From Balanoglossus misakiensis (lineage: Eukaryota > Animalia > Hemichordata), in contig CM082583.2 of assembly GCA_040954595.2 (NCBI GenBank), forward strand, positions 4,269,374 to 4,333,373: a stretch of 64,000 nt of DNA, given 5' to 3'. Position numbers and translations under genes: made by a program. Shown piece by piece: positions 14,322-26,900 of this stretch. Each line of letters begins with the position of its first letter. Positions within the stretch are counted from its first letter, which is position 1. The notes below the pieces were generated by a model. It searched no databases. It was given only the letters and a program-made list of their open reading frames with translations, and was not told the DNA's origin.

Positions 14322-17300
14322 ATGGAGAGTACGGACAAAACAATATTGCGAACAAATCACCAGTAAGTACCTAACCTTATAATATATAAAAATTTAGCAC
14401 AACTGAACGAAAAAACTAGAATTTTCCACAAAATGTATGAGCAGAAATATACAGCGAACCGACTGTGCGATATGTAATATCTGTGAGTATAATAAATGTC
14501 AATTTATTGTTTGAGTGGGGTCCATTTTATAACTGCCGGTCAGTGTACATGTATATACACATTTCGCCTCTCCTGCGCAGAATACGAGCGTGTTGCATGA
14601 TCGCGATTAATCGTTAACTCAGTTGGTCAATAGGAAGGTCAATAAGAGATAAAATCTAATATTTTGGTCGCTATCGAAAACAGCCGGCGTGGCTTTACTC
14701 GCGACGGTTGATATCCAGGTACTCGACAATTCCACTGTGCATGTATTAATTAATATTCATAAGCTACTAGAAATATACAGTGATCGGGGCTACATTCACC
14801 CCCCAGTTAACTTTTCTGTCACTTCCTCTAATCGAACACGGAATGCCATTATTTGTCGAAATATGTTTCGTTTTCTCTCGAGTTATATGCACACTATACC
14901 GTTACTGTCTATATTGATTTGTTGATACTGGTTATTTGAATAGCGGCGCCCTGAGTTGTTAATTATATTAAAATCTTTTGTGGGTATGCTTGCCTTAAAT
15001 TTACGCCGTCGAAACATTTTCTGTGCACACAATAATTTGTGGAAAGCGAAGTCTTAACCATGGCAGCAGTCGTGCGTTCCGCCTGACGGTGCAAATCGCT
15101 CGAACTGCGGGCGCGGGGACGTACTCGCTATGGCCGGCCGGCACCGGGTGCTGGCATAAATGGCAGGTGGATTTTTGTCCTGCGTTAATGCTGTTTGCCA
15201 ATGACCTTTTGTGGCAACAATATCATTAATGTGCGACACGCGTGCCCCTTTTGTTTTTGGGGATTATCAGGGCATGCATATGCAAATAGGAGATAGAGGG
15301 TTAAGCCTCACGAGCAATCGGAAATAGACCGCAAACTTGTGAAGATCCTTTTCAGAAAGCAAGGCCCCCCCAATCCTCCATGCCTATACAAAATCTGTAT
15401 TCATTACAGATACATGTAAATTTTATACCGAACAATGGAATTTAAAATTTTGACTGACATAGCAGACTGGCCGACTTGCCTGTGCAAAGCAAAACACAGA
15501 GCCGGCAACGGAGTTTGACCTTTAGACGAACTGAAAGAGATCATATACATATCCAACAATCGTTGTCGCATAGTAGGCCTACTCTCATTTTAAATATAAA
15601 ATATCCATATGTAGATGCGGTAAAAATAACTGGGCTGTTGTTTTACGACTGGCTGTTGTGTGTTGCATCGTGCCAGATATTGCGCGTTCAAAGCGAGTGC
15701 CGGTGAAATAAACGAAGATACACTATAGTAATATCTCCTTAGCAACCAACTCGTGCACGTAGACCACTATTAGTTCAGTAACGTAGTAAAGTTGCGAATG
15801 CGACGGTGATGAATTTGTGCGCATGCCCCGTGTTCACCTTGACCCGACAACCGTCAATCCGACGATCACGTTTTCAGCGTATAAATGTATATGAGCAGCC
15901 CACGATTAACCGCACTCGCATTAAAGCATTTAAAATGTCTTCGCGGTTTTGAGGGTCGTATTCTATGCGGCCGCGCGTGTTTCAATAAAGACCAAATTCA
16001 GCCGCGGTTAATAGTCAGGGCCCACTCGCCATGTCCCAGAACTTCTCGTGCGGTATACATTGAGCAGAAGAACGTGCGCAAATATAAAGTTAAAACATAA
16101 TTGAAATAATTATAAGCGTGTTGATTCGTGACTACCGAATTTGAAGTAACATCATAAATTATAATACCGGTAATATAGGGAATGACAGAATTATATTCAT
16201 AAGATTCTCTCAAATCTCAAAAAGTGATCAGACGAAAACCGCAAACCAACAGTTTTTTCATTGTCTACTACTCCCTTCGTGAAGTGCTCAATATCGCAAG
16301 GATTTGTCGGCGGTCTGTTGTACTTTTGTAGGCCTATGTTTAAAATACAACATTGGCACGTATTGTACGTGGGAGATGCGCAAAGGCATTTAACTAAACC
16401 GTCGGTTTCTTTGTTCTGAAAAGTAACACACGAACAACATAATCGAGCTCCGGTGTCGATGTTTCAAGAAAGGTGGCGATAAACAATGGCCCCCAACAGA
16501 CAAAGGACCAGGACCCGTCCCTCGTGGCGAAATTTTCGACCGTAACAATCACAGTTGATCATTATTCGAAGAGGAAAATCATGCATACTAAAACTATGAA
16601 ATATCCATTTTTAGAACCAAAGTGTTATCTATGCTAAACTCTAGGATTGAGTCAGTCATCGTATCTTTAGGGCAATTGCTTTCTCGGACGTGCATCACTC
16701 CACGGCGCCTGTGACCATATTATGCATGTGGGGCGTGCGCGTGTCTAGTCTTGGTCGACGCATCTCGTTTGTTGACGTCTTTTTTTCACCTGACCCGAAG
16801 ACAATCTACCGGCATGTTCGCATGGTCCACGCGGGTCAAACTGGTCACCCCAAAAAATGAAATAGCTTGACTCGTGCCCCCACGACACACAAAGACCAGT
16901 TAGTTTTCAAAAGAAGCGAAAATCCTCATTGACAAGTCGTCGATGCTTCTTTTGTTGTGCCGCCAGCTACTCCTAAGATATGCGGCGCGTCTTAGAATTC
17001 GCCTGATAAGACATTGTTAAGCTATCTCTTTACATAACAATAAGTCGCGTGCCGGTAGCTTCTTGTAGTATCCACGCGCATTGTCCGGGATTTATCTATT
17101 ATACATTCACGCGTCACAGCTGTGAATGACAAGCGCTCTGATTGGCCAAGCGCCACCCGGTCGCGTGTCATTGGAACATTGGCGACACCCACGTTTGTAA
17201 TATATTACTTGAAGAGGGTCAGTGTATGCGCCGGTATTCACATTATATTGGAAGTACTAATACGCAACACACGCGCGTCGTGATAGTTCCTACGCACAGA

Positions 17301-20300
17301 TATAGATCCGTCACTACTATGTTATTTCGGAGCAACCACGTCCTCGCCAACCGAGTGGCGATCGGAACGGAGAAAACAGCGATACCACTGCCCAAATTGG
17401 CACAGATTTGTCTTATTGCCGAACAACAGTTAAAACAGATGCAAACAATGCACCGGTAAGTCCCCAGTGTTTCAAGTGAGACTTTTATGTACCTCATTGT
17501 GTACATTGGCCGGCTGGTGATATCTTGTAACTATGAACACGTTTTTTAAAAAAAATGTCGTTCCTCTTTTTTTCTCTATAGGTATTCGAGAAGATTGCTT
17601 ACTAGCAAGAGATGTGATCATTGTCAAAAGGCAATGCTTTTTGTGGGTCTCCGGTGCAAGGACTGCAGGTAAGCTTGTTTTTATTTTTTAAGAACTGGGA
17701 CTTCGTGATCTAGCGCAGTGTGTTTACTTGTGTACGGCCGTGAGTAATTCTATGGGACATAGTCATTGTTACTCACCGCGCACACAAAGCGCCACTCAGG
17801 TCGGCAGTTGAAGGCCCGGGACCCGGGGTTGAAGGTCGTCACGGACTAACGGCCCTGGAAGGAAAATAAGTTGTGTACGAACAGGAATCTCAACTTCACC
17901 GGGTAAATGTTTACGGATGTGGAATTCCTTGAGTGATCATACGGTTTATTCAACTCGATTCATTTTTTTTTATTTTTTTCTCTCCCCTTTTCAGATTCAA
18001 ATGCCATCGTAAATGCGCTAAGGTTTCTAACCACCGATGCCAACATGTTGTCCAAGCTCTTCAAGTAGCTTCCGCTACAGGTACTATATGAATTCCGATT
18101 ATTACCATAACTTAAAGACAGAGAGAATACTTCTCTATTTTTACCATCCTGTTCCGTTGTTGTTTCTTTAGTGAGTTCCATACAACTTTTCCCTGCCACT
18201 TCCGAGTAATTTTAAATAGCACGAGTTGAGACATGACTTGTCCGTCTTAGTAATCAGCCCTTTGTGTTCCGCACACTGTTTTCTCAGCTTTGTTCGCATA
18301 ACATTAACGACACCTTGTTTAAACTTGAATATGCGCTATAAAAACGCCTGCATCGTGAGGTTTTCTTCAGACTGTAAGTGCTACGATGGTCAAGCGGGGT
18401 AGCCTGATAGCTAAGGTTTCTCGTTTCTCTTCGTCCATAGCAGTGCGGGCGAGCCAACGACTGCGACGCTGGTCGGCCAAAGAGCGGGCGCACAGCAGCA
18501 GTAGCGACTCCGCCGTGAACAGGGAAGGGCTTCGCATGCCCAAGTCTATGACGGACTCGGCCATCGGTGAAGAAGACACAGCGAGGTGCGAGCCCCACTA
18601 CAGAGCCTACAGCGCCGACGAACACTGTTTCTCAGAATCCGCTGACTGTTCAGTACTTAATGACTCTGTGACTGACGAGGTTTTCATCGACAGCGGGATT
18701 CACACGCCTTTGAATTTGACATCGTTGAGAGACCGGGAGAGTCAGTCGTCGTATTCGTCCAGCTACTGTTCCTGTCCCCGGAGCAGCGTCACGTCCATAC
18801 CGCAGCAACACTGTGCGTGCCAAACAGAGGACTGTTCCTGTGCATTTCCCCGGGTCCCCGACAACAACTGCCGGGAACTGACTTTTTCTATTCCCCCTGT
18901 GAGTAAAGATCTACAGAGAGTGGTAACTTCAGGCAGGACAAGGAATCTTTCTGCGACCCTCAGCTGCCCAGCCAAGAAGAAACAAGAAGAAAAGTTGCAC
19001 CTTTGTTCGACATGGCCAACTTTTAACAGTGAAGGTACGTCTGATTTTATATTCTGCCGGTGATAAAGAACAACTGACTAGTTTCTTTTGTTTTAGATGG
19101 GGGTTTAAAGATGGCATGCCAGCTTGTTGGCACCTTTTGTACCATTGGGGCAGGGAAGTGTCCTTTGTTAGATCTTTATTAATGAATTAATTGACCGGGG
19201 GGTCTGTCGTTTTGGCCATGCCTCTGGCCCCAAGACCAACGTGTTTTATTGTTTAGCACTGTCCCTGGACCGACCGCCGGCCAGACAAAGGGGTTAAATG
19301 CTTCCCATGTGACCAATGACCACACGTGCGATTGGCCCGTTAACAGGGAAGCACGTGCCGACTTCTGCAAAATCGTTAACAAAAACAAAGGCTTGCGCCG
19401 TCTTCGGCAGGTGTACATTAATTATGCAACTGCCCGATACGATAAGGGATGATTGCAAGTCAAATACGTGCGCAGTTATAGTAAGGATCAATATCAAAAT
19501 GAGATTAAAAAGAGATAACGATTATTCAAATATTTGTTGATTTCTTTTATAGATTTGGACTGTGCATGTAACAGTGGACTGTATGATTGGCAGCAAGAAC
19601 TCGACAGGCAGAAGTTCCCAAGGTGAGTCACTTTTTGTTTGCCATTTGTTTACCTCGCGATGAACGATCGTGATCAAAGCCACGTGATCATGAATGTTTT
19701 TCTTGAATTGTGCGAGCAGATTTTTTTTATCAGCAGTCGTTCGACAATGTTTGACTTTGAGAACAGTTACGCGCATAATGAAATGGCCTCTGTGACCTAA
19801 TAGCCGAGTTGAGTCAAGGTATTTGGTTGGGGTTCACGGACTTGTTGAAAATGAATCGAGTACGTGTTGACAAACAGCGCTACGCATTGTCCCCGCGGGT
19901 AAATGTTCTTTTTATAGGGAATTTTCCAGTAGACCTTTAAACCAGTTTGAAGTAGACAATGTAGTAAACATGTTTATTTCCCTGTGCTTTCCCCGTGACA
20001 GTCATGCAGTGATGTATGATATCTCCGTTGCGATTCTGTGACGTAGTATAAAAAAAACTTGTCGAAACCTGAAGCAAACGCACGCTTGCATCAGACACGC
20101 CGTCATACGATTAAAAACTATGATTATTAATAAAATACGCAAAGGATAATTCCCACGACAGAAAGTCGTGACTGACATTTTCCAGGAATGCCACGCGCGA
20201 GACTTAATAACCAGGGCACCCAGAGTTTAATCATATGTGAGTGACCGACAGTGTAGGTTATCACCATGGCGACCATGTTGTTCTTGCAACAAATCTACCA

Positions 20301-22710
20301 GGCACCTGCTCCCAGATCACAATTTATTTTCAGAATTTTTATTTCAAATTTAACTGAAATAACATTTCAAATGAAGTTCAAATCAATATTAATGTATTGT
20401 GTATTTTTTTCTTCATTTTAGCGGTGACAAAGAAAGCATATGCAATAAATTACAAGAATGGCGCATCAACTATGACGACTTGGAATTCAGCCAACGTTTG
20501 AAGCAAGGGAAAAATACAACTATTTACAGGTATGGAACCAAACCCTGAACAATACTTTTGTTGACAACCCGGATGTTTTGCAGCGTTTTATTTTTTTCGT
20601 TTTCAGCATTTTTGGGGTAGCCATGCTACAATAACCTTCAAATTTATTCACTGTGTGTTGACTGTATTAACCAAGGGCGGCTTTGTTTTGTATTTGCAGA
20701 GGCCGTTGGCATGGCGATGTCATCATCCACACCTACGAAAGCAGAAGGAGCTTTGATGAGTTCCTCGATGAGGTTGCGGTGTTGAGTCGCATCCGACACG
20801 AGAACATTGAACTCTTCATGGGTGTCTCCCTGGAACCACTCAAAATGGCGGTTGTTACCAGGTAAATGAGCAGAAATAATTTTCAGTTCAGTTTGCAGGC
20901 TTTACTGTAAAATCAAAACAATGGATGTGAGCCTTTTTCCTGTGCTTGTAAAGAAATAACTTAGTCAAGGAACTGAAAAAAATATTTTCCATTGCTTGAT
21001 TTGACTTCTCTAACTCATATCTCTTTCATTTTTATTGCAGTGAACATAAAGGACTATCTCTATTTGAACATGTTCACATGAAATGCGAGAGGATGTTTGT
21101 TGGAAGTAAAATCCACGTTGCACGACAGATAGCTCAGGTAAGCAACGCCCCATATTTCCTCTTTCATGGCCATTTGATCGGCCCAAACCACTAGCAAACA
21201 AATGAAGACTTGTTCATATTTCACCGCCTTTGCGACGGTCAGTTTGAAAAACCTCCAAAACTAATCTCATCTTGTCACTCTTGCAGGGTATGGGATATCT
21301 CCACGCGATGGGGGTTCATGTTGGCAGTAAACTCAACTCCAGAAATATATTCTTGGAGAGCAAAGTGAAACTGTGTCTGCTTGGCTTTGATGTAGTCGAA
21401 CAAGAACCTGACAGGTAAGATCATAAACATTAAATTTCTATATCTGCATTTCAATATGTAAGCATCGTTTAGTTTGATTTGTACAATACATCATCGCATG
21501 TGCCCTTGTTTGATAACAATTTCACTATTTTCGTCCCACAGAGATGATACAGTGTCTTTACCAAGGGGCCACCTTACATATATGGCGCCAGAAGTCATGC
21601 GTACGATGCGGGTGGAAAACTCTGACATTGTCAACGAGACTGCTTATAATACAACAACTGACAGTTATGCTTTTGGGTAAGTGTACTGTACCGGAATTGC
21701 ATTGATATAACAAACACTGTGAAATATAAACTGTTTCATGGTGGTTTTATATGAATTCATTTTTACAAATTTCCAGCACTTTCTGATAGTTCATACTAAA
21801 ATTACCTGCTAAGTTAGTCAGTTCAGAAAAGAAAAAGAATTCCTAAACTATTCCAGTCTAATAGTGATTTTTCTTTTTTTTTCCCAACAGTACGGTGTTG
21901 TACGAATTATTTTCTGGAAGTTGGCCCTTCGAAGGAGAGCATCCTCATTGTGTTATGTGGAAAGTCTGCAATAGTGAGATGCCTTCATTGTCACAACTGG
22001 ATATGCCGGTCAACATCAAGGGTATGATCAACGACTGCTGGTCCGACGAACCACTGGACAGGCCCAGATTTACAGATATTGCCAAAGAACTGCAACATAA
22101 CGTAAGTCCCATTTCACGTTTTCATATTACCCATCTCAACTGAGTGATGTAAACGGTGAAATTTTGTCTTCTAGTGATAACAAATCAAATGCATATGAGT
22201 GCATCTCCTTGACAGCTGGCAAATCGACAGACTACATTTGCAATCCTTAATTGTTTGTGAGCATCATTTGCAATGCAAATTAAACTGTTTGAATGTTAAT
22301 GACAATTATGCGAGACGTGAATGCACAGTGGTCAAGGCCAGTGATTTGTTGCTGAAATGTAGTGTTGCAAACGAGTCAAGGTAATCCAGGGTATGGGGAT
22401 AATTGCATTGTCAATGAGCAGGCATTTGCCAGCGTTAGGGTAATTTGAAGGTTATCCAGGGACCTGTTCGCGCTTTTTTTCCATGAAGATGCGAATGACA
22501 GTGATTTCGTGCGAATCCTACACTTTCTCGGGATTTGGCTTAATGAGGGTCGCAAGTTCATTCCATTGGATATTCATACATTCTTTCCATCTTTCATTCC
22601 AACAGGTGTCGTTGCACAAGAAACACAGTCAGTCGAACCCCGAGAACATGAACAGACTGGGACGGTCCTCTCTCTCCAGTCCTACACATCTACGAGGCCA
22701 ATGGAGATAA
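14322..22710 (+). CDS. Kinase suppressor of Ras-family pseudokinase (KSR3-like), about 607 aa
   Basis: In-phase GT-AG exons: 14322-14362, 17582-17668, 17995-18080, 18441-19034, 19553-19622, 20422-20529, 20700-20861, 21041-21137, 21287-21414, 21542-21676, 21891-22101, 22606-22710. It encodes an atypical C1 zinc finger (H..CDHC..CKDC..CHRKC..C), a Ser-rich linker and a RAF/KSR-type kinase fold (LQEW, GRWHGDV, RIRHENI, GMGYLHA, YMAPE, DSYAFG). The C-terminal HSQSNP resembles a 14-3-3 site. No Ras-binding domain or CA1/SAM region is visible. Confidence 0.88.
17439..17455 (+). CDS. Alternative coding first exon of the KSR3-like gene (MQTMH-R)
   Basis: ATGCAAACAATGCACCG|GTAAGT has a consensus donor and the same phase (2) as exon 14322-14362. 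It lies 126 nt upstream of the 17582 acceptor and follows a CpG-rich region with several ATTGG (CCAAT) boxes. Confidence 0.65.
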
Positions 22711-23807
22711 GCTATCCAGTCCACCGCGACGACATCCCCACTACCCACTGGTGCTAATAATTAGGTGCTTGAAAAATCAACAAAACATTGGACAATATAG
22801 TTGATGGACCAACACCTAATCGAAAAATATGTGCAATTGATTTCTGGATTTAAAAAAAGTACATTGGAGCAACCACATAATATCAACTATACAGAAGACT
22901 GTAAAATATCATTTTACGTTGAGTTGTGTTATATTATTGAGTTTCCAGTATATATGCTTTGAATCATAAGCAAAATGTTCCAGAATATCAGAACTTTTTA
23001 CAAGGAACAAGTTTTACTCTATTTATATGCAATTATTTTTGTACAAGATATTGCATTGTTACCATGGAGACCAATGTGTAAACATTTCCATGAAAAAAGC
23101 TTTAAGTCGCAAATAACTTTTACATATTTATTTCCTTTTACGACCGCAGTGACCTCAATTCAGAGATATTTTCATAGTTTGACCTTTTCACTACGAGCGT
23201 AAAATCGTAAAATCGTAAACCTCAATATTTTATGACTTCACAGTTGTTCTCCAAAGAGAATAAAAATAACTACTTGAAGTGATGTGCCGACAGTGAACAG
23301 GTTTTAAAAGCCTTGTTTTTGGAATTGTGTCTGTAAGAGTTCAGCAAATATGTGTTTGCATGCACAGATAGAAATTAGCAAGTTCTGTAATGCAAACACA
23401 TTGCAAGTGCATATCTGTTAAACTTTTTCATATCAGTCTTCCTAAAAGTGGATCTGCAATTCAAATGCCAGTAAGTTGCACAAAAGAAGCAAAAATTACT
23501 GGCGGTGTTTTTTTTTAATCCTACAAGTGCAATACTATGAGAACCAAACAGTATTACTGCAATACACTGAAACATGGCCATGGGCTCATGCAATAGTAGA
23601 TTTTGATAGTACTATAAAAAACTGATAAGCTTAACGTAACTTTTTGTAAGAATCTGGATCAATTTTTTTACGAATGTCACCGTAAATCTCAACAGATGAA
23701 TTCAATGAAATGGTATTTTTAAAAGTATTTTTGACTTTTTATAAATCCTTGTCAATTTTCCTTGACAGATTGAACTGATACCTGGTGATGATCGAATCCA
23801 GGGTAAC

Positions 23808-23930
23808 TCCATAGGAGAGTTAATCATGGTTCAATGTCACCTTGATATTCAAGGTCAAGTCAAGGTCACGATTATATCCACTCCATAGGAGGCGTAATCG
23901 TTATTCAATGTCATCTTCTTGATATTCAAG
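23808..23930. repeat. Two-copy tandem duplication, unit about 73 bp
   Basis: CTCCATAGGAG..TAATC..TTCAATGTCA..CTTGATATTCAAG occurs at about 23807 and again at 23881. Confidence 0.7.
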
Positions 23931-26900
23931 TTGTGATTTTAACCGTCACTAATCCTTAAAGATTGCTGTTTTCTCACTTTATGTGATGGATGGAATTTTT
24001 TCAATGGAATATGCACATTTTTTTATTTATAGAAGGTATCTTGATAAATTGACCGCAGTCACAAATATTGTGCGCTGTTCAAACTTTAAACAAAACAGGA
24101 TCAATGTCCCTAAACATGCTTGAATTTGCAGTTTTCACCATCTTGCAAGAACTTGTCATATATTATTTATTTTAAAAACATGTAAATATTTCAGAGTACA
24201 AGTATTTCTGTATTCAAATCACCAGATTGTTCAAGTTGCAAAAATAAAAAAAATGGAATTTGTTAAGACAACTTATATATTGGCATTTTTGGTCTTTTCT
24301 GTGCACAGCCAGTGGACAACTGGCGAGTACTAATGTTGTGTTACTATGGTAGCGCCTATACTTGAAAACTGATATGCAAGCTCATCTACTACAGAAATTA
24401 CCATAAGCTTGCCGTTTGGACGTGTCGTGCGTTGAACATTTTGTTCGACTTTGACGTTGTTATCAGTGACTGCAAGCCACATCAACTCATTTCACACAGC
24501 TTACATTTTCGGTCAATTTTATCTGCTTTCTATAATAGGGGGAGTGTGACTCTCTGAAAGATAACTGCATAAAATTGATTAAATTCTAACAAATGGGAAT
24601 AGTGTCTAGCTGTGAAGGCGACAAACTATGGCCTGAAAACACTGATAAATACTTCCCTGGGTAATAAAAATTTAAGCATCCTTCATTTCCAAATGGCAAG
24701 TTGCTGTAGTATCTGTAGTAGTACGCTTAGCCGTAACATATTAACTCAGCAACGTCACAAGGCCCCTCTGTATATGCATCAATCTAGTGAGAATTTTGTC
24801 CAATTTTCTCTCCAGTTTTCTATCAAATGAAGACCATGTTCTGGCAAACCATCCCTGAAGCTGAACATCAACTGCTCAAATTACCATGGCAACATACACT
24901 TCAACCTTTGCCCCCTTGCAAAATGCACCCTAAACTATTCATTTTGGATGCCCGATCAATTTTCTGATATAATGTGTATACATTACTAAGCAATTGCATA
25001 GGGCAGCGGCCGTAGTTTTAAAATATTGTAGGCCAATTAAATTATAGATGTATTCAGCAACGTTTTTTGACTGCACAGTCAGATTTGCATCACTGTTAGT
25101 ATCATTTTATTAGCTATAAAAGTCTTGTGACATCTCTTGACTCCATTAAAACAACAAGTAGTTGTCTCTGCATTCCTACAATTCTGCTGATGATGTTCAA
25201 GCTCGTGAGGTCGGCAGATTTTTTTTTTATTATCATTAGGCATACGTGACGATTGCTGTGGAATTCCTCGGAAGCACACTCAATGATGGATGCATCCTAA
25301 TGGAATAGTGACAGACGACCCCCCGAGAAATGCAACAACTGAGATTTTTTGACAGAGAGTATTAATCGACAGGGGTCAGTGCCACATCACCAGGCAAATA
25401 TACGACCTTGTCACAAGACTTCAGTGAAACAGCCACAGTAACTGGTGAAATATCCGACACAGGTCACAGATGGAAATAAATTGCCCATAATTACATATTT
25501 CACACACAATTGCATTGACTGCAAGTAACCTTGTATGTGGAGTATATATATTTTATTCATGCCTCATAAAATTTCATCTAGAAGGCAGCGTTAATACTAT
25601 TATGACAGTGTTCTATCTCTCAAAATCTTCAAATTCTTGCATTTTTTCATGCAATATTTGCATATGCCTGATAGTCAGACTGATATTCTTGGTTATGGTA
25701 GATTTAGTGATTTTTAATATCATTGCAAGCATTGGTGACAAAATCACATTTAGAAATGTTTATATGTTGGGATATAGCATTTGCAAACCATGAAGGTTTC
25801 ACACTACAGCTAGCCTACCTGGTAATTATATGAAGTTTCGGCAAAACTCTTTACTTTACACTCTGAAATTTCCATGCCCACACAGTACCATCACCATACC
25901 AAATTATATTGGTAACTTGGAGTTAGACAGTGTTGCCTTGGACACTGCCGGCAACCAGACATACACGAACATTATTACATAAGAGTTGTACAAAAAGACA
26001 ATTTGGATGCAGACGGATGAAACAAATCCCTTTGTTAACAACTGTTCATTTTTTCCCTTAAAAAATTATATGCATGCTCACTGTTGCAATTAAAAGACGG
26101 CAATCAAATTTTCTCCCACAGAGGATGTTACAGGAGTGATGTTATTACAATCTCTGTTGCTGTCGGTTGGTTGGTCTATGGGCTAGTATAATTATAGTGC
26201 CCTCGTGGCTACATCCTCACTGTTTGCATAATGCATGCTTATGGAACATTTACGTAGGGGACCAGGGTCATCTGAACTGCATGTGTGACTGAAATTTCTG
26301 TTTAAATTCATCAGCATTGTTTCCACTGTCCAGGGAGACCCTGCCAATCGATACATGGTATGTATATGCCAAAGTAAATTGGAAAAGTGATAAAAAGTAA
26401 CGACACATTGTTTTCAATATCCATTGTAGCAGTTAATTACACTATGCGTCTGCGTTGACTTCTGTGTTGTACAGGACCCATACCCATATCCGGCAGATGG
26501 GACGAGATTAAGTTCATCATCAGCTGCATTCACTCACCATAGCAAGGAGATGAAACAAATTAAATGCATGGTCAATTGGTCACTACAATTGGTTGACGGT
26601 TCGATCATGATTCACTGACCACTTGTTGGATTGGTCACTCAGAGAAACCACAGGAAGCTCGTTCTTCTTGTTTATTTAGTGAGTGATTATTTGTTTGTTT
26701 GTTTGTTTGTTTATGATTTGTATACCTAATAAACAATCAGCCAAGAGTTGTTTTATATTTATATGTCAATAAAATGCAGTGTTTGCTTGTTTATTTGTTT
26801 GTTTGTTTACATATATTCAACAAATAATGATTTTATTGAAAGTGATACATAATAGAGTGATAGGAACTAATTGGACCATTTTTTATACAGTGTATTTGAA

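Noticed and set aside
17790-17850. GC-rich stretch with a loosely tRNA/SINE-like GGTTGAA
   Set aside because: No cloverleaf and no proper A and B boxes.
19300-19420. CCAAT-CACGTG-ATTGG cluster as an ER-stress element or internal promoter
   Set aside because: The spacing does not fit ERSE (CCAAT-N9-CCACG) or ERSE-II, and no convincing in-phase first exon was found.
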